From contig JYFJ02001520.1 in assembly GCA_000934665.2 (NCBI GenBank), positions 1-64,000 on the forward strand: a stretch of DNA of 64,000 bases. Direction: 5' to 3'. This DNA comes from Catajapyx aquilonaris (taxonomy: Eukaryota). A model generated the notes under the pieces. It was not told the DNA's origin. It worked only from the letters and a program-made list of their open reading frames with translations, and ran no database searches. Positions 34,853 to 49,700 of the stretch are shown here, one piece after another; the first letter of the stretch is position 1; each line of letters starts with the position of its first letter. The position numbers were made by a program, and so were the translations under genes.

Positions 34853-37800
34853 GTGAGTACTTAGTAATGATGAGGGTTTTTTTTCTTCAACCCCGGATGA
34901 GAACCTAAAAAAAAAAGTGTAGCAACTTCCTTCAAACCCATATCTTGTAAACCGGAAAAATGGAACGGCGCAGTTTTTGTTTCGTAACACTGCGGGTAGA
35001 AAACGGGCACTTTTTTTTGTCGGATAAGGAAGGAGGCAATTTAAAGATGATGGCAGTGTCTTAATGAGACCATGTTGCTCGTTGCGGTGTGTTTATTGTA
35101 GGAAGCGAAGGCTATACAAGGATGCCCTTGATGTCTATATTATACGGGCGTTATCAGTGATCACTTTGTCAAACACTCTGTCCTTGTCAAGTTGTTATTT
35201 GGAGCATTGTATGGATGAAAATTGAGGAAATATGTATTGAGAATATTAGATTTTTCACATACTTTTCGGCTTTGATGATGATATTGATGAATATACAGTA
35301 ATTCCGATATGCAATTTTAATATTCATTCGCAATATACTACAAATTGTAAAAATTTATGTTATTTTTGTTAGCAATTGCCAATATGGTAATAAACATTTA
35401 CATTATATTTTTTTGTTTCTAATATTATAGACGTCTTGCATATATTCCCACTGCAATCCTTATGTTTCGTCCTATTTATTAATTTTTATATTAAAACATG
35501 AAAGCTGCTACCAATATCAGATTGTTTCCGAACATGCTTTTACTTATTTTAAATACACATAAAATCGATGTGACACAAAAGTACATAACTCTGTTGAATC
35601 AAGGGTACAGTGCACAACGTTCAGATTTTTATTATTATTGCTGCTTTGATTATAATATTAATTTTTAACGACTTCAGCCGTATCATTGGAGGCATATTTT
35701 GCGTGCGAAAAAAGTGTCGTAAGCCGAGCAGTTTTGAAAGTGCTCCGTTTTGCAGAGTCCCATAAAGCCATAAAATTCCAGTAGCCTCATCTTCACATTC
35801 TCCCAGACAATCGATATGTGTAACTGTAACAAAAGTACATGACTCAACACACTCACTGTCATGGGAAAGTGTCCCGCGATGGGATTTTTCTTCTTCTTTC
35901 TATTCTGCAGCCCCTGCTATACTATACGTACTAAGGGCATTACTATTCTTTATTAGCTTCTCACAGGTAGGCCAGCCGGAAACGTTAATTAAGACTCCAG
36001 CACGTAAAGAGCCCGTCTTTTGTTACCGTTGGGAAACGAAGACCTCTTTTTTTCCTATCCGCAGCTCTTATATGTGACATAAATCAGCCCGACAAAAATT
36101 TTCAGACTATAAAAGAGGTGGCGCGAATGACTTATAGTTGGGAAGAATTTAAAATAAGGTGAGTGACATTGAACTTGACTCGCAACACGCAGTTTGTCAG
36201 GCTCAACATGCTGTAAAAAATACGGTGATGTGCTACAGTTGCGTGTACAGGATGTTTTGCGACCACACAGGTTTTGCGAATTATTTTGAACTGTTTTTGC
36301 TATTTTTAAAGTGGAGCTGATGCTGATTAATGCCTTCAGGTGAGGATTTCCTATCAATTAGACATTATGTGGCAAAAACCTAACGTAAATAATTAAATAT
36401 TAATTAAAATACTGATTAGTAATTAATATAACAAACAGGTATTTGGTGCTTAAAAAGCTCGAGTCTAAATCATTTCTCGAGGTCCAAATTATGGGCTTGA
36501 TCCTGTTAGGGCGTTGTTTCTGGCACACCCTGTACCGCAGCAGTAGGCCAAAGCGAACTCCTCGTATTGTTTCGATCAGGCTCGCTTCTTCCAACTGTCA
36601 ATTACCAGTCCGTTTGGAACCACCTGACCGTAACCAGAAGACTTCAGGTGAGGCGTGCATCCAAGAAAATTGGCCAAGTGTGACAGACAACATGCCTTAA
36701 AAGTACCCTTCCCTATTTTTTTTAGCACATACTTTTCAGGATGTTAAATTTACATCGATTATTACAACGTTAGCAGGCCATTATTGCTCCAGTGTGCTAT
36801 TCAAAAGGCGAGCAGGTGATCATAATTGAGTGTAAAAAAAAACAGAGCACACCTGCCTTTTATGTTCCCAGGTTTTTGCTGAACCGTTGCAGCTGAAAAA
36901 GTGAAGCAAATATTTTTGAAACTATGCATTTTTTATAATAAAACGGAAGAGCATTCGGATATGTAAAAAAAATACATTCCGCGCCGGTAGCTACTCTAAT
37001 GAAGGCTGGGACCTACTTTTCACAAGGATAATGACCATATGATTAATCACCTTGACAATTGTAATAAAAAAAATAGTAAAGAAAATCAAGGCGCAAGAAT
37101 GCGAGGCAGGTCCTGGCACAGATTGTTCATAGACTGTAAACAATGCACAAAAAAAATTTACTTGCGTACGTGCCAGGTTTATGGTACGCAAAATTGTCAG
37201 GGACACATTGCGACGAATTTGAGACCAGCATAGGTGCAACTGTAATTGGTCAAAACCAGTTCGGGTGTCCTGTACCCAGTAAATTACGCGTTTGGGGCAA
37301 GGCGGAGTCTATGCAGTTGTCGTACTTATACCGTTGTGCATTTGCATCTGGTGTAGGCGCCACACATAAAATTGTCTGGCTGGTCACGGAAATAAGTGTG
37401 TTGCACTAGGAAAATCCGCTTTGAAAGGAAAGTTGACCCGCGTGCTTTTGCTTCCCGAGGCGAAAGGTTTGCACTTGATAGTTCTCTTGACAAGTCTGCT
37501 ATTGAGTAGCCTAAAAGTACAGTATGATATATGTCACATAATATAGTACGTATTCTGCGCAGTTGCAGAAACAGTACTGAAATTATAATGAAGATGCGTT
37601 TCTTGCTGCAATTAGTTTAAAAGGGCGACAGGTATGTATGCAGCACTCAGGCTAGAAAGTCTGGCTTGTAACTCTTGGAAAAGGCACTTAGAAAGACGAG
37701 AAATGGCAGGCACTTCACTATTTGCAAATTTATTATTTATAGCACATAATGGAGGCCTATATGTTAGAATCCAACCTGGAGACGTTACGAGACTTAAAAA

Positions 37801-40800
37801 TCCCTGAATGTTAGCAAGTCCAGATATTTTCTGACATTGTTTTGACCAGTCCTTGGCGCATTTTGTGCATCCCTATGTCCAACTGCTGTGTCCCCATAAA
37901 AGCCAGATTCTGCCAATAATAGTCGAGTATGGGCGGGCAAACGTAATGACTGCGAATAACAAACACACTCTCATTACTGTGAACACACGGCCCTTTTATT
38001 GATGCAGAAATATTTTTGGGGGGAATTGGATTAAGCAAACAATTCTACTTCCACTGCATGCATCCAGAATTCAATTATGTTCATTCCCTCTTTTGAATGT
38101 CAGCAGCATTGTTTGCTCTTATCTCGCAAAGATATTTTTTGATTCATAAATTTAATTGTTCTGACCATTTACATTCCGACCACTCTGAATTTACCACATC
38201 CGATTTTTAAAGTGTGGTGATATTCAAATAGCATGTCTTGCCGACGTTAAAAATGTTATAAAAACGCACAATACGCGGATGCATTATTATAATAATCCGC
38301 ATGCGAAAAATTCATCAAGGAAATGTATCGGTCGTGCTTATGCGGAGGGAACAATAGAGCAATATCCTGGATCCCTGCTTGCATTCAGTGTGCACCCAGT
38401 TGAGTTCTCTTTTTTTCTTCTTTTTATATTCTTGAAGCATGGGGGTAAAGGAGGGTATTATCCTAAGGCCATCATGAAGCGGGGGAGGGAAAAAGCCACG
38501 GCGGCGTGACAGACTTGCTTGGCTGCCGTGCTCTTCCAGTCGGAAACATCTTGCTCTTGATACGCACCAGAATTTCATAAGAAGCTTCACCGTGCGAACT
38601 GTTCGATGCTCAAATCCGATTAACTAATAACTCCCACGCGTTTCATTTCGTTAGTCACGTGGGAATTCCGAAATTTGAGGTCCAGGAAAGAGAAGATGAT
38701 GAATTTTATTCAGGGAGACATTTTTTTATACAAAAAAAAACAGGAATTTGATGTGTTGAATCGAATTATTGAACCTTCAGTTGCATTAGAGGCATGGCCT
38801 ATGTTTTTCAATCCATGACATGATGAACATCGATGCCGGAAGCGTGTACATCCTCGTTCAAACTTCATCAAGATAATTTACATAAATCACGTGCATGCTA
38901 CAGTACATGCACATTTGACAGCAGAATTGCCAACAATAATGATGCAATGGTAGAATGAACCAACAACTTGAATTGTTAAAAACATTTCTAAATTTTGTAT
39001 TAAATAGTGCACTTGTTCAATAATTAATAACAACATTTATTGCTGTCCATATTCCTACAGAATTATGAAAATCTATCGTAAAAATGATCATGCCTAATTT
39101 ATTTCAATGCCTTTCATTTTGAAGTTATGATGTAGGCTACTTTTCAATACACTCATTGCCAAATGTGATGTCCGTAATAAATATGTATCTGTACACTGTT
39201 GTATGATATATCAATACGTCTGCTGATATCAGCACCAATTTCTCACCCTGTTTCCAGTTCGGCCCATATTCAAATAGCATTTTAATGGTCCTCGCTGGAA
39301 CCACAATTCACAATATAATTGACAAGCCCCTATGTCAATGTGCCCCCACTACAAGCCATGTTACTTTGTTTCCTTAATGCATCTCAAATTGCGAAGCCGG
39401 TGTTTAACAACAATAATAATGGCCAGTTTATATTATCCGCGAAACATAGTACCAAAGTGACTCCTAACAAAGTCCCCAATCGACCATAATAAACTCTGGA
39501 TGGATAAAAGCTATATACAAAGACGCTCAGGCCACAGGATTTTTAGTGTCATCAAACGTCATTAAATGTCACCCACCAGCAATAAAAACATTCAACAGCA
39601 CCTGCCTCATTGTAACGAGAGCGTGGGACTCTCAAAGAAAATGAAAATTTGGCAACATCCGGAATTTCCGTCACGCGTTCAGGAAGTCGAATTATTTGTA
39701 GTCCCCCTTTTTTCCATATTATCGTGCACGTAATTCTGCTGACATAACCTCTTTTTTTTACGTGATTCCCACCGAAATTAAAGAAGCCGGATTTTTTTCT
39801 TCTTCATTATTCATGAGAGGTCTTTATCGATGGCACGTGACTTGTACCTTGCTACCTTCGAAATCCTGTGAAAGGGAAATTCACGACAGACAAACCGTGT
39901 CACGAGCACCTGACGGCCGCAATTTGCATACAGCCAAGTATATACAAAATATCCGGCCTTTTGTTTTTTCGAAAAATCTTGTCAAGATTTCGGATAATAA
40001 TAGCATTTTCTGTTGGGTGCCAAGTAGGCAAAGGTCGATGGGACGCAATTTTTCTTACAGTCGGCACGTGAAAATACCTGTTCTGTACACACAAGCTGAA
40101 AGGAAGTTTCTTCAACACGCACATAACTACACGGCACCCAACTGACATTTTGTAATTAGTTTTATTTCCCCGGCGTGCAGCCAGCAGGATCTCTAAGGCA
40201 AGTGTCACAATCCAGGTCGAAACCTCTGCAAAAATATATTTTTCGCGAATCCTCCAGAGGCGCATAAAACATGGCTCATTAAACTGGGGGAGCTCCCAGT
40301 GTTAATCAGCAATGTTTTAGACCCGGAGCCGCAATAAATTGGCTAATCTACTCGACCTCGTGTAATGAGTTTCAACTCGGAGAAAACCTGAGGCACTGCT
40401 CCAAAAAAGCTGGTGTTTTTCCAGCTCCAGTAGAACCACGATCGGTTCGTAGATTCCTGGAAAAAAAATATTCCAGGTGTAAATCGTTCAAGTGACAGGT
40501 TGACGAACCTAGGTATTCTTCTGAAAACTGCTCGTCAGGACACGCGTCTTTGAGGGGGAAAAAAATCTGAGCCATTCACCTGCTCAAGATTTGTGTAGAA
40601 CTTTTTTTTATGGGAAGAAAAAAAAGTTCGAGGAAGGTTTTAAATCTTGGGCGTAAAAAAAGTGAGCCGTAGAGTTTGGAAGAAAGAAAATAGTAAAAAG
40701 AGGTCGGAGGCGTAACGCGAGGTGTTTGGACACTTTGAAAGTTTTTTATGGCTTCGGGGTCCTGGATTTAGCAGTTGCTGTAACAGCTTTTCTTGCACAA

Positions 40801-42756
40801 TAAGATCCGAAGCCATATAATACAACAGCAGGTCACCTTCATATTGTACATCAGGTCATCAAACGGCAGTTAAAATTTGATGCCTTGAACTCGTCGATCG
40901 TATACACTTGCTTTTGAAAAAAAAAAATGTATATACATATCTGACAATATCAGCACTCTAGCAAGGTGAAACGTTTAATTTACATTTCACATTAATTTTT
41001 TTCTTTCTAAACTGCTGATTGTTGCCAGGGTACATTTTTGTCTGATATTTTGTCAAAATAACTAAAAATCATCATGCAATGAGACGGAACGTGCCTGGCA
41101 GGGCCACAAGACGGACAGCACTGGTGCAGTCACCCCAAAGCCATACAGCTACATCTCAGCATATTTTTTTTACAAAAATTATTTATTTATTTGCTTGTGG
41201 TATATGTGAATTTGGGACCCTGTACTTCACGTCGGGTGAAGCCATTTAAAGTTGCGCCAACTTCGACACATTTTGGCCTCATGCCTTTTAACCACTTTGC
41301 ATGTCGCAGCCACTCAGGGAGCAATCAACCTAAATTGTTGTTTCTAAACATGGTGCCAGTGGACCCCGTCGAAAAATAATGATCAACAAAGTGTGTAACT
41401 CGATTTCCATATCATATTTTAGCTCCAAGGAGTTAATCGACCGTGATCAAAGGGGTGGCCACAAAAACTCATTAATCCGTTCCTAATCGCATTTAATCCT
41501 AGCGCCGGGGCCTGGCCCCTAATTGAAAGCGAAAAGAGAGGGGCAGGGAATAGCGTGCAAAAACTATTAGTTCCTAGAGCTAGCCGTTAATCCTAGTCCC
41601 CCCCCCCCCCCAAATGANAGATGACACTCAGGCTCTCAAAGTCTGTATAGCGAAAACGGACGCCAGACGCGACGCCTTTTTGTCAGGTTTTCCTCCAGCA
41701 AGTGACATTGACCGACCAACGTGCGGACAGGTTACCAAATGGGCCATCTACTCGTTACAGATAAAAGAAAGGAAAAAAAAGTACAGGGCTGTTCACTGCC
41801 ACTGTTTTAAATAAGAAATATTTTGTGTCACCAATAAAAAAAATGCACAGAGTTAAACAGTAAATCTATGTTATTTACAAAAGGCAAAGTTTGTATGTGT
41901 GTCCAATCTATTTGCTCTAAAAGCAACCTGCTTTGAATAGCAGCGCTTGCTTATTGCTTCTCTTTATATAAACAAGTCGTAATGACTTCTGCCCTTGGAA
42001 GTGGAGACCTGGGCAGTGCACCACCCTGTGTAATGGTGTCTGGGATGAAACTCGTTGCTGGCAAGAAAGAACCAGTTGCAAAAACCTTTCCGCATTGCTG
42101 GGTGGGTGGGGGGAGGGGGATGGGCGTGACGTCGTCTAAAAAAAAACTCTGGGTGCGAACAATGGAGGGGACTGTCCCATTTATCTCCTGCTCGTGCAAA
42201 AGGGGCACCTGGTCTTTAGTGTGTCCTGCTGCAAGGTAAAGTGTGGGACAACTAATCAGGACTGTTGTTAGAGCAAAGAAATAAATAAACTGGCTACTGG
42301 ATTTGTCCAGGAGATACAACTGTAGCTGCAATGTCATTGCAATATTTAGCACTTTTTAATGACAAACCCGACATGAACAAAAAAAAATAACAAATAAAGA
42401 GTGTAAGTTTTATCAGACAAAACGGCACGGTCAATGCAATAAACCTGGTGTAATGAATCGAAATAGCATGGGTTGGATTATGACAAAGTAGGTTAATGAA
42501 AGGAGAGATTCGATTTTAATAACGGCTATAATAAATTGCATTGCGGGGGCCATGGCGACCCGTAATCACACTGTAACAAGCTAAATCGTAATGATCTGAT
42601 GGTGGATAGTGATTGGTCTTTTTTTTGCATTGCAGCTATATATTATATAGCTAGACGGAAATTCGATCAATTTGCTTGTAGGTCTGCTTATAAACAGTAC
42701 AGTACATACAACTTCTTGGAAGTAATGTGGTTTGTGTGAAGATGCCCATACGTACT

Positions 42757-43230
42757 TTAATAGTACACAGTGCATAAATAGTTCACAGAGAGTACACGGA
42801 AAGTACACAGATAGTACACAGAGAGTACACGGAAAGTACACAGATAGTACACAGAGAGTACACGGAAAGTACACAGATAGTACACAGAGAGTACATAAAT
42901 AGTAGGACACAGAGAGTACATAAATAGTAGTACACAGAAAGTACAGTACATAAATTGTAGTACACAGATAGCACCGGTACATAAATAGTTCAAAGAGAGT
43001 AACTTACATATAATTATAGTACTGTTCATAAACAGCTCACAGAGTATAATTATAATATATTAAATAATCAAAGTACATAAGTAGTATGTAGATAGTACAC
43101 AGTGCATAAATGGTACGTAGATAGTACACAGTGCATAAATGGTACGTAGATAGTACACAGTGCATAAATGGTACGTAGATAGTACACAGTACATAAAATA
43201 GTGCGTAGATACATAGATAACGTAGTACAT
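42757..43230. repeat. Compound AGTACAC-based minisatellite (33-bp and 29-bp units)
   Basis: About 3 copies of agtacacggaaagtacacagatagtacacagag from 42791 and about 4 copies of gtagatagtacacagtgcataaatggtac from ~43088, with degenerate copies around them. Confidence 0.9.
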
Positions 43231-46200
43231 GGTGCGAAAAATTCGCTCTGTGACAAAGGGAACAATTTCATTGTATGCATTGTGTTGTGACAAGTACTGT
43301 ACTGTACGTATACTGTAACAAGTACTATGAAAAGTATCCATGGTGACTTGTTGACAAAGGTATGGAGGCAGCAATTTCAACCGGATAATAATTATTTCAC
43401 AGGGGCAGGTCAGGTCTTCTCTAATGAAGAGTCTCCATGGAGATAACGATGCCATATTGTGCTCCTTCCGATCAACGACTTTCCGCTCCAATAGTCCTCT
43501 CCGTGAGTCGATAATAAAAGTTGGAGGTAGCCGATGGGGAGGGGCTTACCGTTATCGCTCGTAACATTGTAAGATGCCATCAAAAAAAAAGGGGGGGGGG
43601 AAGTAAAAAAGAAAAATTTGGCCACGAGGATGATTGGCTCTGCGCATAGATGAAACCAGACTATCCGGTTTTTTTTCTCTCCTTCTTCTCCAGCAATCTC
43701 CGAATTGCTACGGGGTGACTTACGGTCAGGCTTTTACGGATAAGTCGTCATCTCTCCAGCCAAGTTGCGCGAGGTGGGAGATCGGGTTTCACGTCACACC
43801 CACACCTTTCTCCGGCCGATAAGATTCAGTTCAGGAAAAAGGGTTTTCGCGGTATGTACTGGCTACAAAGGAGAAGAAAAAAAAAACGCTGGCTAATTAC
43901 GGTGTGGGCAGGATGGGGGCGCTGACTCTGCCCCCCTTTTTTTCCAACTGGACCTTTTCCATGGCGTGTGCGGTATCCACGTGACCATCTCGGGCACCGG
44001 GACTCTGTATATCTATTGTTTGTCAGCACAAGCACTCTGCAAGAGCAGCACTTATCTAAATCCATATACGTACAGACGGTATACAGGAAGGCTTGTCCGC
44101 TACGTATCTCACACCCCAGGAGAAAACTTTGTCTAGAGAGTGGCATTAAATTCTGATGGAGAATATGAAAAGGATCATAATGGATTGCTCCCGTCTGGAA
44201 AGAAATTCACCGTGTGACTTATTCATCTAAAGACATTGTCACGGACGTGCACTGAGGGGATTAAAGTGTATAGCTAGGGGTGCACAGACGGCTAGAAAAT
44301 GCTGAATTATTTGGTGTTGGTAATGGATCCCTGTCGTCTTCGCGGTAGATTTGGAGTCATCTAATATGACACGGGTTAGCAGGGCGGACCAAATTCTTCC
44401 TGACGCTCTACGAGTAACCCTTTTCCAACGGATTAAGGAAAAGAAAAAAATAGGTACTCTCTATAAAAACAATGTATCCAGAGTACAGAAGAAAGTACAC
44501 AGCATTGTGTTTAAAAAACATATTATACAAATTGTGTACATTAGGTACATTTTTATGGACACATATTGTGTATTCACGTGTACTAGTACAAAGAATAGGC
44601 TAATAACCACATGGTGTGTATCTTTGTACGTAATAAGTGCGTCCAAATAGAGCAAATCCAGGTGTGACAACCTTTTTTTTTTGCTTATGTTTATTCATAA
44701 TTTTATGCCCTGTTCTAGAACTGTAATAATGAGGTCCGGCCTGCTTTTCCTTCCGGCTTATAACTTCACGCCTCTGGAAAACAAAGGTTGCCACATATTC
44801 ACGCGCTAATTACGCAAACAAATTATCAATTTATGGTTTCCTAATTTTGCTGGGGCGTTGCCTAGAAGCTCGTGCTGAGTTGAACTTGCAATTAGTTCTT
44901 GGCTGTGCTTCGTTTCTCAAAACTGGTTCTGAGCCTTGTTTTCTGCTCGTGGACTCAATCCTCTGCTGCTGCTGCTGCATCGTATATATATGTTCCGGTA
45001 CCGCATCTAATTCGTATTCTTTTAGGGAGGGCCAACCTTTCGATCGGGATTCCGATCATGTGTGCGTCACCTCGCCGTGACATTTTTTGATCATGTGCCA
45101 GGAGACGTGCTGGACTATTGATTAGAGGTGGGATGGAGATGTGTACTGTTATGTGCCACTTTGGACCTTGCAGATGTCTTCAGTACTACCGAGTACTGAA
45201 ATGGTTGAGGTGAGGCGCAATTTGCACAAGTAATAAAATGAACAGAGCATATCGAGAAAGATTTAGGACAACAATCAAGAGTCTTGCAAAGTATGAAAAT
45301 GTACTGCAATATGGTCTCAAAATGCGTTATGACAACATGTCACATATACAGCCTTCAACTGGCTCATTTTGTCAGCGAATATTATTATAATTTAATTTCA
45401 ATATAAATTATAACTCTAATGGGAGCTAATTTTATTTTGTTGACGCAACAGATTAACAGTGCTCTAGGACCGATTTAATGCATATTTATTCTATTAAGCG
45501 TCTGTTAAATTTGTGTTAATTTATTGCTCGTTTATGTCATGCAGACGAATTTAACTGTAGTCCAATAATGTTGGTGCAGTATTCACATTATCAGTAATAC
45601 AATCAATATCGCACACATTTGGCAGATTCTTCAATTTTGATCTCCCACATCACATATCCAGGACTCAGGATAGACCGTGCTAAATTTTGTGAAATTAAAA
45701 AAAAGTGATATCAGTATTATTAGGGTATTCAGTAGACCTATTAGTGTTAGAATTATTAGGATATTAGAGGGTGACCCTATAAGGTCTGGACAAATAGGTA
45801 ATTGGCAATAATTGGTGTTCTGATGACAACCTGTACAGTACATGTGTCCAGATTTTATAGTCACCCTGTATTTCAAACAGTGCAATGCAGCAAATGTGCT
45901 TTAAATAAGATCATTCTTTGATACGGTTGTGGCCTTTAATGTCCAACATTTCTTTAACTTGACAAGAAAAGGCGTGTTTTAGTGCTTAGAATTAATTACA
46001 AAGGTAGCTGCAGTCCATGCACGAGCATTCAGTCCGACCTTTGAAACGGCCAGAGGCAAAATAGCCACCGCATAGTAGGGCTGGGCACACTCCTTGAACC
46101 TTGACAAGGCTTACGTCAAAGAGGAAAACCCCTCGAAGCATAAAACATCACCGCAGCGCAAGTAATTTCCTGGCTATGAACCTCTAAAAGGCTTCCCTCG

Positions 46201-46588
46201 GCATCATGTATAGCATCATCCGTACTGTTGGTTCTAACTGTGTGTCCCCCCCTTGATGCCATCCGCATGATTATCTCTAGGAGGGGAAAAAAAACACTGA
46301 AAAGGACGCCCCAAGTGTGCGGCTTTTGGCGTCACCGCATCTTCTCTCTTATGTTTTTGTCCCCTGCAGCCGTATAACCCAACTTCTATCACCATTCATC
46401 CTCAGGACTCCACTACTTGTCTCGCTACTTGTCTCATTTCATCACCGATCACGAACTTGCTCCGATGCCATACAGTCACTGGTTATACACCGCAATATGT
46501 GCAGTGGGCGGACAGGACCACGGAACTCTTCTGTGGGCTATTTATTGATAGTAACGGAAAGTGTAATGCGATATTGTTGGCAGCTATA

Positions 46589-46758
46589 CGATTCGTATTG
46601 ATTCGTATAGAATCGTAGAATTCGTATAGATTCGTATAGAATCGTAGAATTCGTATTGATTCGTATAGAATCGTAGAATTCGTATAGATTCGTATAGAAT
46701 CGTAGAATTCGTATAGATTCGTATAGAATCGTAGAATTCGTATCGATTCGTAGAGAAT
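46589..46758. repeat. 29-bp tandem minisatellite (ATTCGTA-based)
   Basis: About 5.5 copies of attcgta(t/a)(t/a)gattcgtatagaatcgtaga. Confidence 0.92.
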
Positions 46759-49700
46759 TGAATAATTATATACGAATTTTTTACGAGAGCAACCGAGTGT
46801 GACAGACACACCCGCGCAGCTCTATTGTTCATTCAATAGCCTTGGCAACGTCGCAAACGTCGGCCATATCGTCCCCACCACTCTCCAAATGTAGCGTTGG
46901 AAATAAGTGCAGCGCAGTGCAGAGAACTAACCAGATATCATTGATAATGCCAACCGTGCACTCTGCGGGAACTGTGCTGCGCACTAGGTTGGATTCGTAA
47001 AATAAATCGTCCATATATATATGAGCATTTACATGACAATAGAGCATTGTTTACCTTTTGTATGATGTGACTTACTGCCGAGTATTGTGCACATCGGCTT
47101 GTTTCAGTACCGGTATATATCGGCCAACCGCTTCATAATGAATGAGTCTCTTTTTTTGAGTGCAGAAATCAGGCCTCGAAACAACTGCAATTGAGTTAGA
47201 AGTAGCTTTCGAAAATGGTGACACTGCAAATTTCTCAAAAGGAGCCGCTCTGTTTGCGTTAACCCTTTGTCGGGGGGAAGAGGGGCTGTCAATAGGCCCA
47301 ACTTTTCATCTATTCATGCCAGAAACAAAAGCCCGGTACTTTCTGGAGGGCCTGGCTTGGAAGAGGGGAAGACGAGTAATTATTGGCAACTGTGAGAGAA
47401 AAGTTTGGTTTTTGGGGATGTTTCTTCTTCCAAGTCCAATTAACTCTTCTCTCTTCTCCCTTTTGTTTCGATCTTGCTGATTACTTCTCTTTGTTCAAGC
47501 CTGGAATGCAGGTTCCTTCTGCAAGTTTTTTTTTTACTGCAAACTCTTACCTTTAACCATTTACATATAACCAGGGTTTGAAAGCTTCCTCGTGTTGTTG
47601 ACGCCAGTAGTAAAATATTTGCTTCTGGGGACGATAGGATTTCCTTTTTTTCTCTTCAGGCGAAAAAGGCGAGGTAAATCAATATGCGTCCCAGTGATTT
47701 TTGCCTTCATTAAAACCGGTCTCCAAACTCAGCTTATATTAGGTTACGAAATCGAATAACGAACCTTCTCCGTTTTCGCGATTTTTTTTGTGCGCCCCAG
47801 GGCCAAGTGCTATTGGCGAGAAAAACTTCTTCCTATCGATTTCAACGACTTTTGCAAACACACACAAAAAAAGAGACTGTGAAATGTAAACAAATTTGAG
47901 GTCCATTTCCAGGGACGACGTTTTCCAAAAAGTTATGAAGTATACGTTGGATGGATGAGGGGAAAAGAGCAAAGTCTGCAGGAGACGTCGTTTAGTCCCA
48001 AGGTTTGAGTTTCAGAACAAACTTTTTTTTCTTCTTCTTCTTCATGTGCTTCCATCTTGGTGCCCCCGCAAACAGCACACGAGGTCAATATTTTTGCAAA
48101 GTTTTTTTTTTCTTCCTTCTCACTTGATGTATCGTGTGCACGTACTGGCTATATACTGCACTTAACAACAGGGCGGGCTGTCATCTTCTTTCATGCTTTG
48201 CCAGAGGTAGAAAGGGAAGAAGAAGGTTTACGAGCTGCGAATACGTGGAAGGTTGGTTAAAGCTGAAAAAAATAATGGTGCTTTACAGCATCTTGAACCT
48301 GGTTCCGAGTCACAAGAATGGTGTAGACACAATCAACTACTGTCAACTTGGCCAATCATGAACAGTGATTGCGACAGTGATTTCTTTATTTTGGGGGGTC
48401 TGAAGATGCTGCCAACTTCTTTAGCATCACACCCAGTCCTTTTCCTTCCACCAACACCATACAACTTTTGGACATTACGGCAATTATGCAAAGTAGTCTG
48501 GAAGTTGGGCTTCATCCAATTACGCCCGCTTGATACCATCATCAAATTAGGTGGACATCCGCCCCTGAAAAACCGCCTTGAGGTCTGCTCAAGTGGTAAG
48601 AGACGTGATCGATTACTGGTCTTTTTAAACCAGGTTACCTCTGCCTCCTTCTGGATGCTGACAATATTCGCACACTTTCAGAGATGCTTTTTTTCCAAAT
48701 TTCAGCAACAGTTTGATTAAATTTCTGCTCGTAAGTACAGATATAAAGTTGTTTTTTTAACTCTCTTTTTGCTTCGATGCTGGTGATCATTCTGGTGCTG
48801 CAGGCTGCTGCGCCAGTCGATGTAATTCTAGCCATTGGGTTGGGGGAAAGAGCGGAGGATAATGTCCCAGAAGTAATTAAAAACGCGGGGGTTTTCGCAC
48901 TTTACTGGCGACGATGTGGACTCGACGGGGATTCGGGATTTTGTAGGGACTGAACAATGGCTGAAAACGCATCTGCACCGAATGTTATGTGAGCCATCTT
49001 GGAAGGATCAAATTGCGGGCATGCGCTTGTCAAAAAGTTGATGAAACAGTCCCAGAAAAAAAAAACATTCTTGGAGATAATGTCAGCTGTAATATTTCAA
49101 TCATTTTTGATTGTTAATTCTAACCTCAAATTCTCCTGAGAGGCGGTGAAAGTACGGAGTTGCCATATCCTGCAATTAGGTTGATCACTTAACCATTACA
49201 TAGTCATTCATTTGGAGCAGATGTGTTCCAAGCTACTGGAGTGTGGGTACAATTGCAGCTGCAGCACATTTTCCAGCAAAATGTACAGAATATTCCAACA
49301 AAAATTTCACATCAGTTTAGTTCAGGCGTTATGGTTGGTTCACTCTGTAGAACACGCTCGTGACAAGATCGAGTTCATCCAGTGAATGAGAGACAGTTCC
49401 AGCATGCGAAGTGTATATCGTACAGAAAAAAAATGAGCAGACTTATTTTGATCACGCAATCTCTCAACTCACGCTTTATTTCTGTTGCGCACACTATATA
49501 CCACTTAAACCACAACGATGCAGATGAGGTGCTGACACGTTCGGTTGCGAATTATAGGTGATAATCCACGAATTTATATTTTCAAAATACCGGAGGGCAC
49601 GTCAGCACGTGTTGAGCTCCAGGAAATCCATCATGATCATAACAATCATAATCCTGTATATGCCGCATGTTGTGTGAACAGAATCACATGTGAATAATTA

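Noticed and set aside
35052..35064. TGGCAGTGTCTTA, matching the start of miR-34
   Set aside because: The match stops after about 13 nt and no complementary arm is visible.
41618..41618. Single N base after a poly-C run
   Set aside because: Assembly ambiguity, not biology.
42581..43491. Repetitive Cys/Tyr/Val/Leu ORFs on the minus strand
   Set aside because: They are translations of the AGTACAC minisatellite, open in several frames, with no splice or domain support.
46483..46832. Repetitive ORFs and a superficially CRISPR-like 29-bp repeat
   Set aside because: The units are directly tandem with no unique spacers, there are no cas genes, and the context is eukaryotic.
47660..47673. Possible 14-nt exon (ttcag|GCGAAAAAGGCGAG|gtaaat) reading GEKGE
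   Set aside because: The donor is weak, no other collagen-like exons were seen, and such matches are expected by chance in 45 kb.
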